Shown: piece after piece, positions 1 through 8,447 of the stretch
How positions within the stretch are numbered: the first letter of the stretch is position 1
Layout of the letters: every line of letters starts with the position of its first letter
Sequence record: SRR22947727_2090
Strand: one strand, 5' to 3'
Length of the DNA: 40,207 bases
The notes under the pieces: generated by a model
Databases searched by the model: none
The model's input: only the letters and a program-made list of their open reading frames with translations
Told to the model about the DNA's origin: nothing
Translations under genes and position numbers: made by a program

Positions 1-1742
1 AGGAGGATTCTGGGTCCTCTCTACAGTCAGACGTTAATCCCTCTTTAGTCTTTGATACTTTGCAGGCTTTGAACAAGGTTCTCTCTTATATTTCAAACCC
101 TAATGAGTCTGGGGAGGATTGCGAATCCCTACATGGTATTGTTAGTAATGTCAGAGGATTCAGAGGCTCTACACCCAGAACCTTATTGAAGCTTCCGGGA
201 TCCTCGGAAGGTATGATCTTACCCTTTTCAGGTTTCTTGCCTTCTGTAATAAAAGGAAAGTTAAAAGATAACTGTCCAGACGCTATTGAGGATGTTCGTG
301 TAGGTGCAGTAAGTTCAAAGAGAGGTATTAATGCTAAGAAAGGAACAATGCATGAATCTTTAACTAAACTTCTATACTTACTTCACGTAGCTAGAACCTC
401 TAAGGGGGATGTTGAGTCTATTAAGGAAGACTTGAGGAAGACCATAAAAGAGAATAAAGAAGTTGTAGAGTCGTTAGTTGATTCTATGAAGAGTTCAAGT
501 GGCTGGGTATCAGTAGATGAGAGTCTGTCCGATGACTTGCTTAAGTTTGAGTATGACTTGTTTAATAAGGATAAGAAAAACGAAGAACTAAACAATTTCC
601 TTAGGACATACTACATGTCTCAAATGTCATTATTTAACCAAGTAAACGCTGACACTATGATACACTCAGGTAAGACCAGTCTTACTGGAGATAGAAAAGA
701 TAACGTATTTGTGTTTAAAGATGAAGAGTCTGCTAGATTGGCTGCTGAAAGGTTAGGAGTAACTTATACAAAGACTTCAAAATCTAAACTAATCAAAGGC
801 GCATCTAGTAGCTCAACTTCTAAAAGATCTCTTGAGGGTTATCCAGAAGAACTATACTCTATTGGGTTGGGACAAAAACTATACAACGAACTACACGGAT
901 CTAAGGCAGGAGAGCTTAACAGTATAACGAGAGCTAACGATGCTGCTATGGGAAACCTAGAAGGAGATACTAATGTTGTTGGTGGATTTACAGAAGAAAT
1001 GCAAAATAGATTCCCTAAAACCAATGCAACTCAATCTGTATTTAAAAGACTTAACAAGCAAGCTAAACTAATCAGAAATCTTCTAACTGAAAACAGTACC
1101 ACTAAAGGTCCTAACGGTAAAATTAATAAGTCTGACCCTTTAAGTATTGCTAAGAGTTGTATAAAATCTCTTGAATCTAGCTTATCTTACGATTCTATTA
1201 TGGAATCAAGAATAAAGGACATAGATATTTCAACTGATTATGGCAGAGCTAAACTATCAGAAATTATTGAGAGAGAAAATCAGTTATCTACTATAGACTC
1301 CTTACTTAAAGGAAGCAGTGGAGATACTAAGACTGCTACTACAATGATTCTTAGACTGGCCTTTTCTTGTGGAGGAAACAAGGATGATATCCTGCAAAGT
1401 GTATACACACAAGATGACAATAAGGTTCATACTTACTCACACAATTATGTATTCAATGCTATAGGAAAGGATTTAAAAAACGTATCTATAGTTAGGTCTG
1501 GATCTGGGTTTAATATTGAATACAAAGGTCTAAAAGTAAGACTTAATTTAGAAGCAACAGGATCTTCTAAAGGTATGAGTAAATCTACTAGAACATGGCT
1601 GGAGATGCGTAAAGATACAGTTAGGTTAGCATCCGAAGATCTACAAAAAACTATAAAACAAAACAAAAAGGAAGATTTGGGTAGTGATTTAGAAGAACTG
1701 TTTTATATTCAGAACAAACTTCTATCTAAGCTTCTAGGTTAG
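1..1742 (+). CDS. Large hypothetical protein, 5'-truncated (C-terminal part)
   Basis: The frame of the 560-aa ORF is open back to the window edge, so the TTG at 60 is probably not the true start. No family recognised. Confidence 0.8.
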   Translation, partial: EDSGSSLQSDVNPSLVFDTLQALNKVLSYISNPNESGEDCESLHGIVSNVRGFRGSTPRTLLKLPGSSEGMILPFSGFLPSVIKGKLKDNCPDAIEDVRVGAVSSKRGINAKKGTMHESLTKLLYLLHVARTSKGDVESIKEDLRKTIKENKEVVESLVDSMKSSSGWVSVDESLSDDLLKFEYDLFNKDKKNEELNNFLRTYYMSQMSLFNQVNADTMIHSGKTSLTGDRKDNVFVFKDEESARLAAERLGVTYTKTSKSKLIKGASSSSTSKRSLEGYPEELYSIGLGQKLYNELHGSKAGELNSITRANDAAMGNLEGDTNVVGGFTEEMQNRFPKTNATQSVFKRLNKQAKLIRNLLTENSTTKGPNGKINKSDPLSIAKSCIKSLESSLSYDSIMESRIKDIDISTDYGRAKLSEIIERENQLSTIDSLLKGSSGDTKTATTMILRLAFSCGGNKDDILQSVYTQDDNKVHTYSHNYVFNAIGKDLKNVSIVRSGSGFNIEYKGLKVRLNLEATGSSKGMSKSTRTWLEMRKDTVRLASEDLQKTIKQNKKEDLGSDLEELFYIQNKLLSKLLG

Positions 1743-1844
1743 GGTAGATAAAAAAAAATAAATCCCAATTAGTTACTTGAGATTTATGAAGCAAGATCTA
1801 TCATTAATAAAACAATATTAGATCAACTCTGGGTATAGCTTTTT

Positions 1845-2378
1845 CTACTTCTTATTACTAAAAAATGAATCACTGAAGAGAAGTAAATCTTCTAGCTTTA
1901 AACATATATACTTCTTACTTATAGCTAAGTAATCAATACTAGACGAATCAATTTTGTCTAGTATTGCTTTATTATAATCTAATATGCATAAGGTATCTTT
2001 GCGAGATTGTTTGAATATTACCATGAAATCTTTTTTAGCTTTCTTGGCATCAACAGAGGCTTGTTCTATAAACTTTTTTATCCCTGAGTTAGAACTAAAG
2101 AACCCTCCCAGATTCTCCTTGTCATACCCATTCTTAAGTTCTAAGACAAACCTAAAGTCCAGTGGGGTGATAAGATCCCCATATAACTTAAGATGTTCTG
2201 GCAGATCATGTGTTGTAGCGTAGGCTCCAGATCCGGGAGATCTAGAGAACTCCTTAGTGTTGAATCTTTCGTTTAACTTTTTAGCGATGTTCCTTTCGAA
2301 CGTGCTTCCTTTGGTTTTACTGTTGATTCTCTTCTTTTTTGGCTTAGAAAGTTTAGATAAATCGTAATTGTCCTTCAT
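1845..2378 (-). CDS. Holliday junction resolvase, Hjc-like PD-(D/E)xK nuclease
   Basis: NSKTKGSTFERNIAKKL, RSPGSGA, GDLITP and LELKN motifs typical of phage Hjc-type resolvases; AAGGAG upstream. Confidence 0.8.
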   Translation of the reverse strand: MKDNYDLSKLSKPKKKRINSKTKGSTFERNIAKKLNERFNTKEFSRSPGSGAYATTHDLPEHLKLYGDLITPLDFRFVLELKNGYDKENLGGFFSSNSGIKKFIEQASVDAKKAKKDFMVIFKQSRKDTLCILDYNKAILDKIDSSSIDYLAISKKYICLKLEDLLLFSDSFFSNKK

Positions 2379-2394
2379 AAATGGTCACTCCTTC

Positions 2395-2407
2395 AGCTAT
2401 TATAGCT
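2395..2407. promoter_or_regulatory. Palindromic bidirectional TATWATA element between divergent genes
   Basis: AGCTAT-T-ATAGCT reads CTATTATA on + and CTATAATA on -, within the 30-bp gap between the starts at 2378 (-) and 2409 (+). Confidence 0.55.
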
Positions 2408-2408
2408 C

Positions 2409-2786
2409 ATGGAAACTGCTACAAAGCAAAACAAACTTGATCTCGACAATTGGAAGATCAGAATTACCCAAAAAAGAAAAAATAGAATGAAACTACAATT
2501 TAATTTAGACAAAGACGAAGCACTAGCCTTCAAAAACTTCAGTGATATGTTCCAACCTCTACTTGCTGCCAAGAAGGGATTAGAGGTTGAGAAATACGGA
2601 CAAGACCAATTCATCCGTGACGTATTTATCCAAGGCTTTAATGCCATTAATATGGAGTTTACTTCTTTCATGAATCAGGCTATCTCTGAAAATGAGGAGG
2701 AGCTTAGAGAGCTAGGCGCGGAAGTCGTACATAATGAGGACGGTTCTGTTTCTCTAAAGGAGACAGAAACTTCTAATGAAGAATAA
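2409..2786 (+). CDS. Hypothetical protein
   Basis: 125-aa ORF with ATG start, first gene of a coupled run. Confidence 0.75.
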   Translation: METATKQNKLDLDNWKIRITQKRKNRMKLQFNLDKDEALAFKNFSDMFQPLLAAKKGLEVEKYGQDQFIRDVFIQGFNAINMEFTSFMNQAISENEEELRELGAEVVHNEDGSVSLKETETSNEE

Positions 2787-2946
2787 TAAGCAACTACTAG
2801 AGATTAAAGACTGGTTGGAGTCTTCCTTGGAAGGCAGTCAATCTAACTTGGAACTAGAAAAGAGAGGTAGTGTGGGTTTTTGGTCAGAGATGGCTAGAAT
2901 CGACCTTATAGAAGAACTTAAACAATTCATCGAAGAAAATGTATAA
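2776..2946 (+). CDS. Small hypothetical protein (56 aa; not in ORF track)
   Basis: MKNNKQLLEIKDWLESSLEG...FIEENV* fills the gap and overlaps both neighbours. Confidence 0.6.
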   Translation: MKNNKQLLEIKDWLESSLEGSQSNLELEKRGSVGFWSEMARIDLIEELKQFIEENV

Positions 2947-3271
2947 TCTAAAATACCTAACAAAAAGTTCGGACTTACGTAAGATCCTTTTTAACCAACA
3001 GAATACTAAAAGATCGTTTAGCATCTTATTTGTATCACCTTGGGACTCGTACTGCGAGACTCTGGTGGAGAGGTTGGAGTCCGAGTTTGGAAGTAAGGAT
3101 CGTGGGGAGCCCCTCTACATTGTAGATAGCTTCTTAATGCCTGATGCCTTCTCTCATTACAACACCCAGAAGGTCCCTCAGCTAGTACAGATTAGGAAGG
3201 ATTATACTTCTGTAGAAGACTACCTTCCTACCGTGTATCGGAAGCTTAGGTTTAAAGGGAGTCCCGTTTAG
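2939..3271 (+). CDS. Thioredoxin-fold protein with degenerate active site
   Basis: ILFVSPWDSYC (WCxxC position with the first Cys replaced) and a KVPQL cis-Pro-like segment. Confidence 0.55.
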   Translation: MYNLKYLTKSSDLRKILFNQQNTKRSFSILFVSPWDSYCETLVERLESEFGSKDRGEPLYIVDSFLMPDAFSHYNTQKVPQLVQIRKDYTSVEDYLPTVYRKLRFKGSPV

Positions 3272-3590
3272 TCTCGAACAAGTCTTCAATCTTTTGATTG
3301 TACTTCTTTTCCTTAGTATACATCAACTTTAGGTTATTTACAATAATTGTTGTAAAGTAGTTAAACGCTGTGCCTTTAGTTGGTTTAAAGTTCTTTATGA
3401 TCTTTAGTACTAAGGAAAAGCATTCTTGTTTTGCATCATCCTGATCAACCTTAAACTTAAATGAGGTTAGGATCTTGCCTATAAGGAGATCGAAAATCTT
3501 TACTAGTTCTTCTTCGTGAGAATCGGGATCCTCTTTGTATAATAGAATGAGTTCCTCGAACTCCTCGTTGTTGATGTAATATTTACCCAT
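3252..3590 (-). CDS. Compact late-transcription sigma factor, T4 gp55-like
   Basis: YYINNEEF start, DDAKQECF, and NFKPTKGTAFNYFTTII resembling the gp55 region-2 motif F.YFT.I. Confidence 0.65.
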   Translation of the reverse strand: MGKYYINNEEFEELILLYKEDPDSHEEELVKIFDLLIGKILTSFKFKVDQDDAKQECFSLVLKIIKNFKPTKGTAFNYFTTIIVNNLKLMYTKEKKYNQKIEDLFETKRDSL

Positions 3591-3603
3591 AACATATAAT
3601 AGT
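3591..3603. promoter_or_regulatory. 13-bp divergent intergenic TATAATA/TATTATA element
   Basis: The whole gap AACATATAATAGT lies between the divergent ATGs of the sigma-like gene and polymerase part 1. Confidence 0.5.
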
Positions 3604-4620
3604 ATGTATAAGCCCCTAGAAGATCTTTATTCTGATCTTGAGGTAGAGTCTGGCAACCCAAAATGTAAGGGTTGTAGTATTCTTAAAAAGAATAAACCTT
3701 GCCACTCCGTAATGGATTACGAGGAGATGGATCAGTGTGATATTCTGTTTGTAACAGACTCTTTAAGTTTTAGGTTTGGGGCAACTCACGGTGCTGACCT
3801 AAAAGCTACTAATCTTCTCAACGAAATGATGAGCGATGAGTTCCTTATTACTGGAGCAGTTAAATGTCCTTCAGTTAAAGAGGAAGATATGTCTACATCT
3901 GACAGGAAGATCTGTAGACAGCACATTTTGGATACCGTAGAAAGGGTACAACCAAAACTTATCTTCGCTTGTGGAAACCTAGCACTTAAACAACTGACTA
4001 AACAAAGTGGAATCCAGAAGAAGCGTGGAGCAGCTATTGAGTTAGAATTAGAGAGTGGGTTTAAGACTGTGGTTGTGCCGATCTTTCATCCTTATGCTGT
4101 TCTGAAAGAGCCTAAGAATGAGATGTTGTTCAATATTGATATACAGAACGCATACAATATCTACATTCTAGGTAAAAAAGGTACTAGTAACTTTGACTAC
4201 AGTGTGCTTATGTCTTTGGAGGATATAGCTTCTTTTATTGATAGGGTAGATAAAACGGTAGCGTGGGCAGTGGATACTGAGACGGAAGGTTTGGACTTCT
4301 TGAGACATGATATCACAACGATCTCAATCACTACTCCAGACGAGACTTGTGTTATCCCATTCAAGCATAAAGATAGTCCTTTCTTGGGGGAAATGGATAA
4401 GTTAGTAGCTATGATTAACCTGCTGTTCTCATACGACAATAGAAAGGTCTTTCATAACGTCAAATTCGATTTGCGTATGCTCTTGAGGCAAGGAGTACGA
4501 ATCCCTATCAAAACCTTATTCTGTACTCAGATGTTCCATCACCTATGGAATGAAAACCTACCCAAAAGCTTGATGGATATTATTAAGATCCACTTCCCTG
4601 AAGAACTTGACAAACTATAA
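3604..4620 (+). CDS. Split family A DNA polymerase part 1: UDG family-4-like domain plus 3'-5' exonuclease motifs I-II
   Basis: CKGC, AVKCP, CRQHI, IFACGNLA, PIFHP (UDG-like); AVDTETEGLD (Exo I); FHNVKFDLRML (Exo II). Confidence 0.85.
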   Translation: MYKPLEDLYSDLEVESGNPKCKGCSILKKNKPCHSVMDYEEMDQCDILFVTDSLSFRFGATHGADLKATNLLNEMMSDEFLITGAVKCPSVKEEDMSTSDRKICRQHILDTVERVQPKLIFACGNLALKQLTKQSGIQKKRGAAIELELESGFKTVVVPIFHPYAVLKEPKNEMLFNIDIQNAYNIYILGKKGTSNFDYSVLMSLEDIASFIDRVDKTVAWAVDTETEGLDFLRHDITTISITTPDETCVIPFKHKDSPFLGEMDKLVAMINLLFSYDNRKVFHNVKFDLRMLLRQGVRIPIKTLFCTQMFHHLWNENLPKSLMDIIKIHFPEELDKL

Positions 4621-4623
4621 GAC

Positions 4624-5100
4624 ATGTTAACCGTATCAAATCCTCAAAATACAGACTGGAAGAATATGCCCTTAGGGGATCTTTGTGAAGGAAATGCAAC
4701 AGACACGTACTTCACTTTGAAGATTTACGATCTTCTTATGGATCAGATGGAAGATACCCCTGTAATGAAGCTAGTAGATCGAGTTTTAATGAGAACTATT
4801 AGTAGGTTTGCTGAGGTTGAGTATTTAGGCTTAGATGTGGATACTTCTAAGCTTAGTATGATATCAGACTCTATTGATGACGCTAACATGGAGATTGAAG
4901 ATCGTATTTACTCTTTGGAAGCTGTTAAGCCTAAAGATGCTCTAACTGGTCACGATCTATTAGAGATCTTATACACAAGGGAGGGTGCCTTAGAGTTGTA
5001 CCCAGCAGGACATACAGAGAAGGACGCACCTTCAACAGCGGAGCCTGTATTAACTAAAATGTTATCCCAAATAAACGAAGAACTAGAGAAGAGATCCTAA
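4624..5100 (+). CDS. Split family A DNA polymerase part 2: Exo III region and first half of thumb
   Basis: GNATDTYFTLKIY (Exo III-like); FAEVEYLGLDVD (ME..G..vD equivalent); PSTAEPVL (ST.eevL thumb motif). Confidence 0.8.
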   Translation: MLTVSNPQNTDWKNMPLGDLCEGNATDTYFTLKIYDLLMDQMEDTPVMKLVDRVLMRTISRFAEVEYLGLDVDTSKLSMISDSIDDANMEIEDRIYSLEAVKPKDALTGHDLLEILYTREGALELYPAGHTEKDAPSTAEPVLTKMLSQINEELEKRS

Positions 5101-6260
5101 TGGTTTCAAAGTACGAAAAAAAAGCTAGAGACGAGAAGATTAGTCGCGCTGTCATAGGTAATAAGACTACTAAGTCTTTGAAGGAATCTAAAGCTTTTAT
5201 TACTGACCTACTAGAGCTTAGAAAGTCTACTAAACTTAAGACAACATACGTTACAGGTACACGGAGAGCTATTGAGAACAATGGTTATGACAAAGTATAC
5301 TTTGATTTCCGATTCGATGGAACGGTGACGGGAAGATTGTCTTGTGGTGGAGCTACTAAAGGAAGGAAGAACTCTGATAAAATGGGAGTTTCTTTCCACA
5401 CTCTACCTCAAACAGACGAGGATTACGAGACTGACTTAGTTAGCAGAAACATTAGAAGTCAGTTTGTAGCTCCCTCTGGTTGGTCTTTTTTGGCGGGAGA
5501 CTATAGCCAGATGGAGCTACGAGTTTTGGCTGTCCTAGCTAATGAGGGGTCAATGAAGAAAGCTTTCTTAGAAGGTAGAGATATTCACACATCTACTGCC
5601 TCATTAATCTTTGGTGTTTCTGAGAATCAGGTAACAAAAAAGCAAAGAAATATCGCTAAGACTGTTAACTTCCTTATTGTATATGGTGGGGGTGAGTACA
5701 ACTTGTCTGAGACTGCTGGAATTACTATGGTTGAGGCTGAGAATGTTTTCGTAAAATATAGAGAGAACTTCCCCAAGGTGTTCTCTTATATGGAGATTAT
5801 TAAGAAGCGAGTTATGCAGGACGAGTATGTCACCACATTATTTGGACGTAGAAGACATTTACCTAATGTTAGGTCTAACAACAAGAAAGTGGTAGCACAG
5901 GCTGTAAGGCAAGCTAACAACTTCACAGTACAGTCTCCTGCGTCTGACGTAATGCTTTGCGCTATCGATGGTGTATGTGAAGATATTGAAAACAAATCTC
6001 TACTTTCTAGAGTAGTCGCTACTGTTCACGACAGTGTTGAGATAATCTCACCATTTTCTACTACTATTCAAACACTTGAGCTAATGAGGAAACAGATGAT
6101 GAATCCTCCCGCATTAGAAGATTTAGGTATTGAGTTCGATGTACCTCTAGTTGTAGACCTAGAGGTTGGTGCTAGCTTCGGAGATCTTATGGATGTAGAG
6201 TTTGATGATTCTGGAAAAGTATCAAATGAGGAAGAAATTATGGAGTATCTTGGAGCATGA
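5100..6260 (+). CDS. Split family A DNA polymerase part 3: catalytic domain
   Basis: LELRKSTKLKTTYV, GTVTGRLS; motif A DYSQMELR; motif B RNIAKTVNFLIVYG; TLFGRRR; NFTVQSPASD; motif C VHDS. Confidence 0.92.
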   Translation: MVSKYEKKARDEKISRAVIGNKTTKSLKESKAFITDLLELRKSTKLKTTYVTGTRRAIENNGYDKVYFDFRFDGTVTGRLSCGGATKGRKNSDKMGVSFHTLPQTDEDYETDLVSRNIRSQFVAPSGWSFLAGDYSQMELRVLAVLANEGSMKKAFLEGRDIHTSTASLIFGVSENQVTKKQRNIAKTVNFLIVYGGGEYNLSETAGITMVEAENVFVKYRENFPKVFSYMEIIKKRVMQDEYVTTLFGRRRHLPNVRSNNKKVVAQAVRQANNFTVQSPASDVMLCAIDGVCEDIENKSLLSRVVATVHDSVEIISPFSTTIQTLELMRKQMMNPPALEDLGIEFDVPLVVDLEVGASFGDLMDVEFDDSGKVSNEEEIMEYLGA

Positions 6261-6421
6261 AAAAGTTTAGAGTTACAAAAAAGTATGTGTCTTACCGAGA
6301 CTCTATCGTAGAAGCAGAAAGCTTAGAGGATGCTTGGGAGGATGAACTAGTTCCCATTGGGGAAGAGGTAGTCACGGATGAGTGGTCTGAGTATGTTACT
6401 AAAGTAGAGGAGATTGAATAG
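6257..6421 (+). CDS. Small acidic hypothetical protein (54 aa; not in ORF track)
   Basis: ATGA overlap with the polymerase stop; MKKFRVTKKYVSYRDSIVEAESLEDAWE... Confidence 0.6.
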   Translation: MKKFRVTKKYVSYRDSIVEAESLEDAWEDELVPIGEEVVTDEWSEYVTKVEEIE

Positions 6422-6615
6422 TGTCAAGTTGGATGTGTACTTTTGGTAGTTGTGTAGAGTGTGACTATGAAATAGTAGTCACACAAGGTAGGCACTTACC
6501 TGATGGAAAAGATTACAGATGGTACTGCTCTAATCTAGAGTGTACAAACCATACAAACGTGGAAGAAACTTATGATGACGAGTACCCTACGTTCCTTACG
6601 AGAGAAGACAAATGA
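6421..6615 (+). CDS. Small Cys-containing protein (possible zinc ribbon)
   Basis: CVEC...CSNLEC; stop overlaps the thyX start. Confidence 0.55.
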   Translation: MSSWMCTFGSCVECDYEIVVTQGRHLPDGKDYRWYCSNLECTNHTNVEETYDDEYPTFLTREDK

Positions 6616-7268
6616 TTAAATGTTTAGATAAAGGGTATGTTCAATATATCGAACATATGGGATCAGACCTATCCGTAGTTAACGCTGCTAGATGCTCATT
6701 CGGCAAGGTGAAAACTGAGTTCGATGAAAAGGATGAGAAGCTTATCAAGTACCTAGCTAGAGAAAAGCACATGCTACCTTTTAGACATCCTCAGATCTCA
6801 CTTAGAGTTAAAATGCCAATTTTTGTGGCAAGACAACTTATGAAGCATACCGTAGGTATGTCTTGTTCAGAAGTATCTCGTAGATATATTTCAACTGATC
6901 CTGAGTTTTATGAACCCGAAGTTTGGCGTAAGAAACCAGATGCTAGTATCAAGCAAGGATCAGGAGATAATTTTGATGAATACCAACAAGGTAACATTAA
7001 TACGTTCTTAGAAGAAAGAGACGAGCCTTTAAATACTTATAAGTATCTTCTTGATAAAGGAGTAGCACCAGAGCAAGCTAGAATGGTTTTACCTCAATCC
7101 ATGTATACTACAGTATATTGGACAGGATCTTTACTAAGCTGGAATCATCTTTACAAACAGCGTACAGATAGCCACGCTCAACAAGAGACACAAGAATACG
7201 GTAGAGCTATTGGAACTATCATGGAAGAACTATATCCAGTAAGTTGGTCAGCTATTCTAACAACATGA
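6612..7268 (+). CDS. thyX: FAD-dependent thymidylate synthase
   Basis: GSDLSVVNAARCSF, HMLPFRH, PIFVARQLMKH...SEVSRRY, EQARMVLPQS, HAQQE. Confidence 0.95.
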   Translation: MIKCLDKGYVQYIEHMGSDLSVVNAARCSFGKVKTEFDEKDEKLIKYLAREKHMLPFRHPQISLRVKMPIFVARQLMKHTVGMSCSEVSRRYISTDPEFYEPEVWRKKPDASIKQGSGDNFDEYQQGNINTFLEERDEPLNTYKYLLDKGVAPEQARMVLPQSMYTTVYWTGSLLSWNHLYKQRTDSHAQQETQEYGRAIGTIMEELYPVSWSAILTT

Positions 7269-7426
7269 AATGTATTATGTGCGGAGAACCCGCTACAGAT
7301 TATATCAACTGGATTTTTACAGAAAGCGCAGAGGACGATAAGCAGTTTCCTTTGTGTGATAAGCATCACACTAATTGTTTAAAGGCTTACAAAGAAATTC
7401 AAGAGGAGAAAGAAGATGAAAAATAA
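7265..7426 (+). CDS. Small zinc-finger-like protein
   Basis: MKCIMCGEPA...LCDKHH; ATGA overlap with the thyX stop suggests a start at 7265. Confidence 0.6.
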   Translation: MKCIMCGEPATDYINWIFTESAEDDKQFPLCDKHHTNCLKAYKEIQEEKEDEK

Positions 7427-8447
7427 AACACTAGTTATTGGCGACCTACACTTAGCCAATAAAATCCCAGGATTGTTGGAGGCTCAGTGCGCGTGTGTAA
7501 AAAGGATTAAGAAAGAGCATGGTTGTAATATCATTGTTTTACTTGGAGACGTATTTGAGAACAGAAGACCTAAATCATCTGTTATTCTATCAGCTAAGAA
7601 CCTTGTTAGGTATCTAGTCCGTCCCAACGCAGCCCACGCCACACATAATAATGTTCACATCCTTAGAGGAAACCACGACTCGGAGAATAAGAATGATGAC
7701 GGCATCTCAGCTATTAGCTTACTTGGAGAGGATGATTTTGGTGTTTTTAAACATACTAAAACTACAGAGAACTATACCAACACATTCATTCCACACTATG
7801 AAGATGAAAATAAAATTAGAGAGGATTTAAAAAATGTTAAAAAGGGTTCTAGAGTGTTTGGGCATTTTGGCTACTTTGGTAGTCTTAACTCCGCTGGTGA
7901 TAATGATTTCAGTTTGGCTCTTTCTGATTTTCCTAATCGTACTTATCTTGGACATATCCATACATATAAGAGAGAAGGGAACGTTACAATCGTGGGCACT
8001 CCATACACGACTAGTTTTGCGGAAGCTGGTAAAGACTCTTACGTTGTGCTACTCGGATCTGACGGGGAAGAAGAGAGAATTCTAGTTGATCATGGGCCTA
8101 GACACTTGATCATTGATATCGATGAGATAGAAGATAACCTTGAGTTCATTAATGATACTAATTACTTTACACTTCTCAGAGTAGTAATTCCAACAGCACA
8201 CGACGAGCGTGAAGATATTGGAAGTATCTTAAGCAAAGTAAATGTCGGATATGTTGAGGTGAAATACAAGCCTGTCATCTATGATATACACCAGCTTAGT
8301 GACTTAGACCCAGACAACCCCATCATTGAGGTTACGGACACTCTAGTTGAGGAATACATTAACCACAGTGAAACCTTGCTCTTAAAAGAAGATTTAATGG
8401 CAGGACTACAGACTATCCATGAAAGTAAACAAAATAGAAATCAATAA
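7416..8447 (+). CDS. Mre11/SbcD-like recombination nuclease (gp47-like)
   Basis: Metallophosphoesterase motifs GDLH, LGDVFE, RGNHD, GHIH; adjacent to the SMC ATPase. Confidence 0.92.
   Translation: MKNKTLVIGDLHLANKIPGLLEAQCACVKRIKKEHGCNIIVLLGDVFENRRPKSSVILSAKNLVRYLVRPNAAHATHNNVHILRGNHDSENKNDDGISAISLLGEDDFGVFKHTKTTENYTNTFIPHYEDENKIREDLKNVKKGSRVFGHFGYFGSLNSAGDNDFSLALSDFPNRTYLGHIHTYKREGNVTIVGTPYTTSFAEAGKDSYVVLLGSDGEEERILVDHGPRHLIIDIDEIEDNLEFINDTNYFTLLRVVIPTAHDEREDIGSILSKVNVGYVEVKYKPVIYDIHQLSDLDPDNPIIEVTDTLVEEYINHSETLLLKEDLMAGLQTIHESKQNRNQ

Noticed and set aside
4618-4626. Genome-wide TAA readthrough or stop-codon reassignment, suggested by in-frame TAA-NNN-ATG at the polymerase junction
   Set aside because: The same spacing separates unrelated genes (12066-12074, 33534-33542), and TAA, TAG and TGA all end complete conserved proteins. 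The standard code fits.
6830-6890. ThyX motif starting KH instead of RH as a sign of altered base chemistry
   Set aside because: The catalytic Ser and SRRY are intact and the change is conservative, so it is not enough to infer a modified base.
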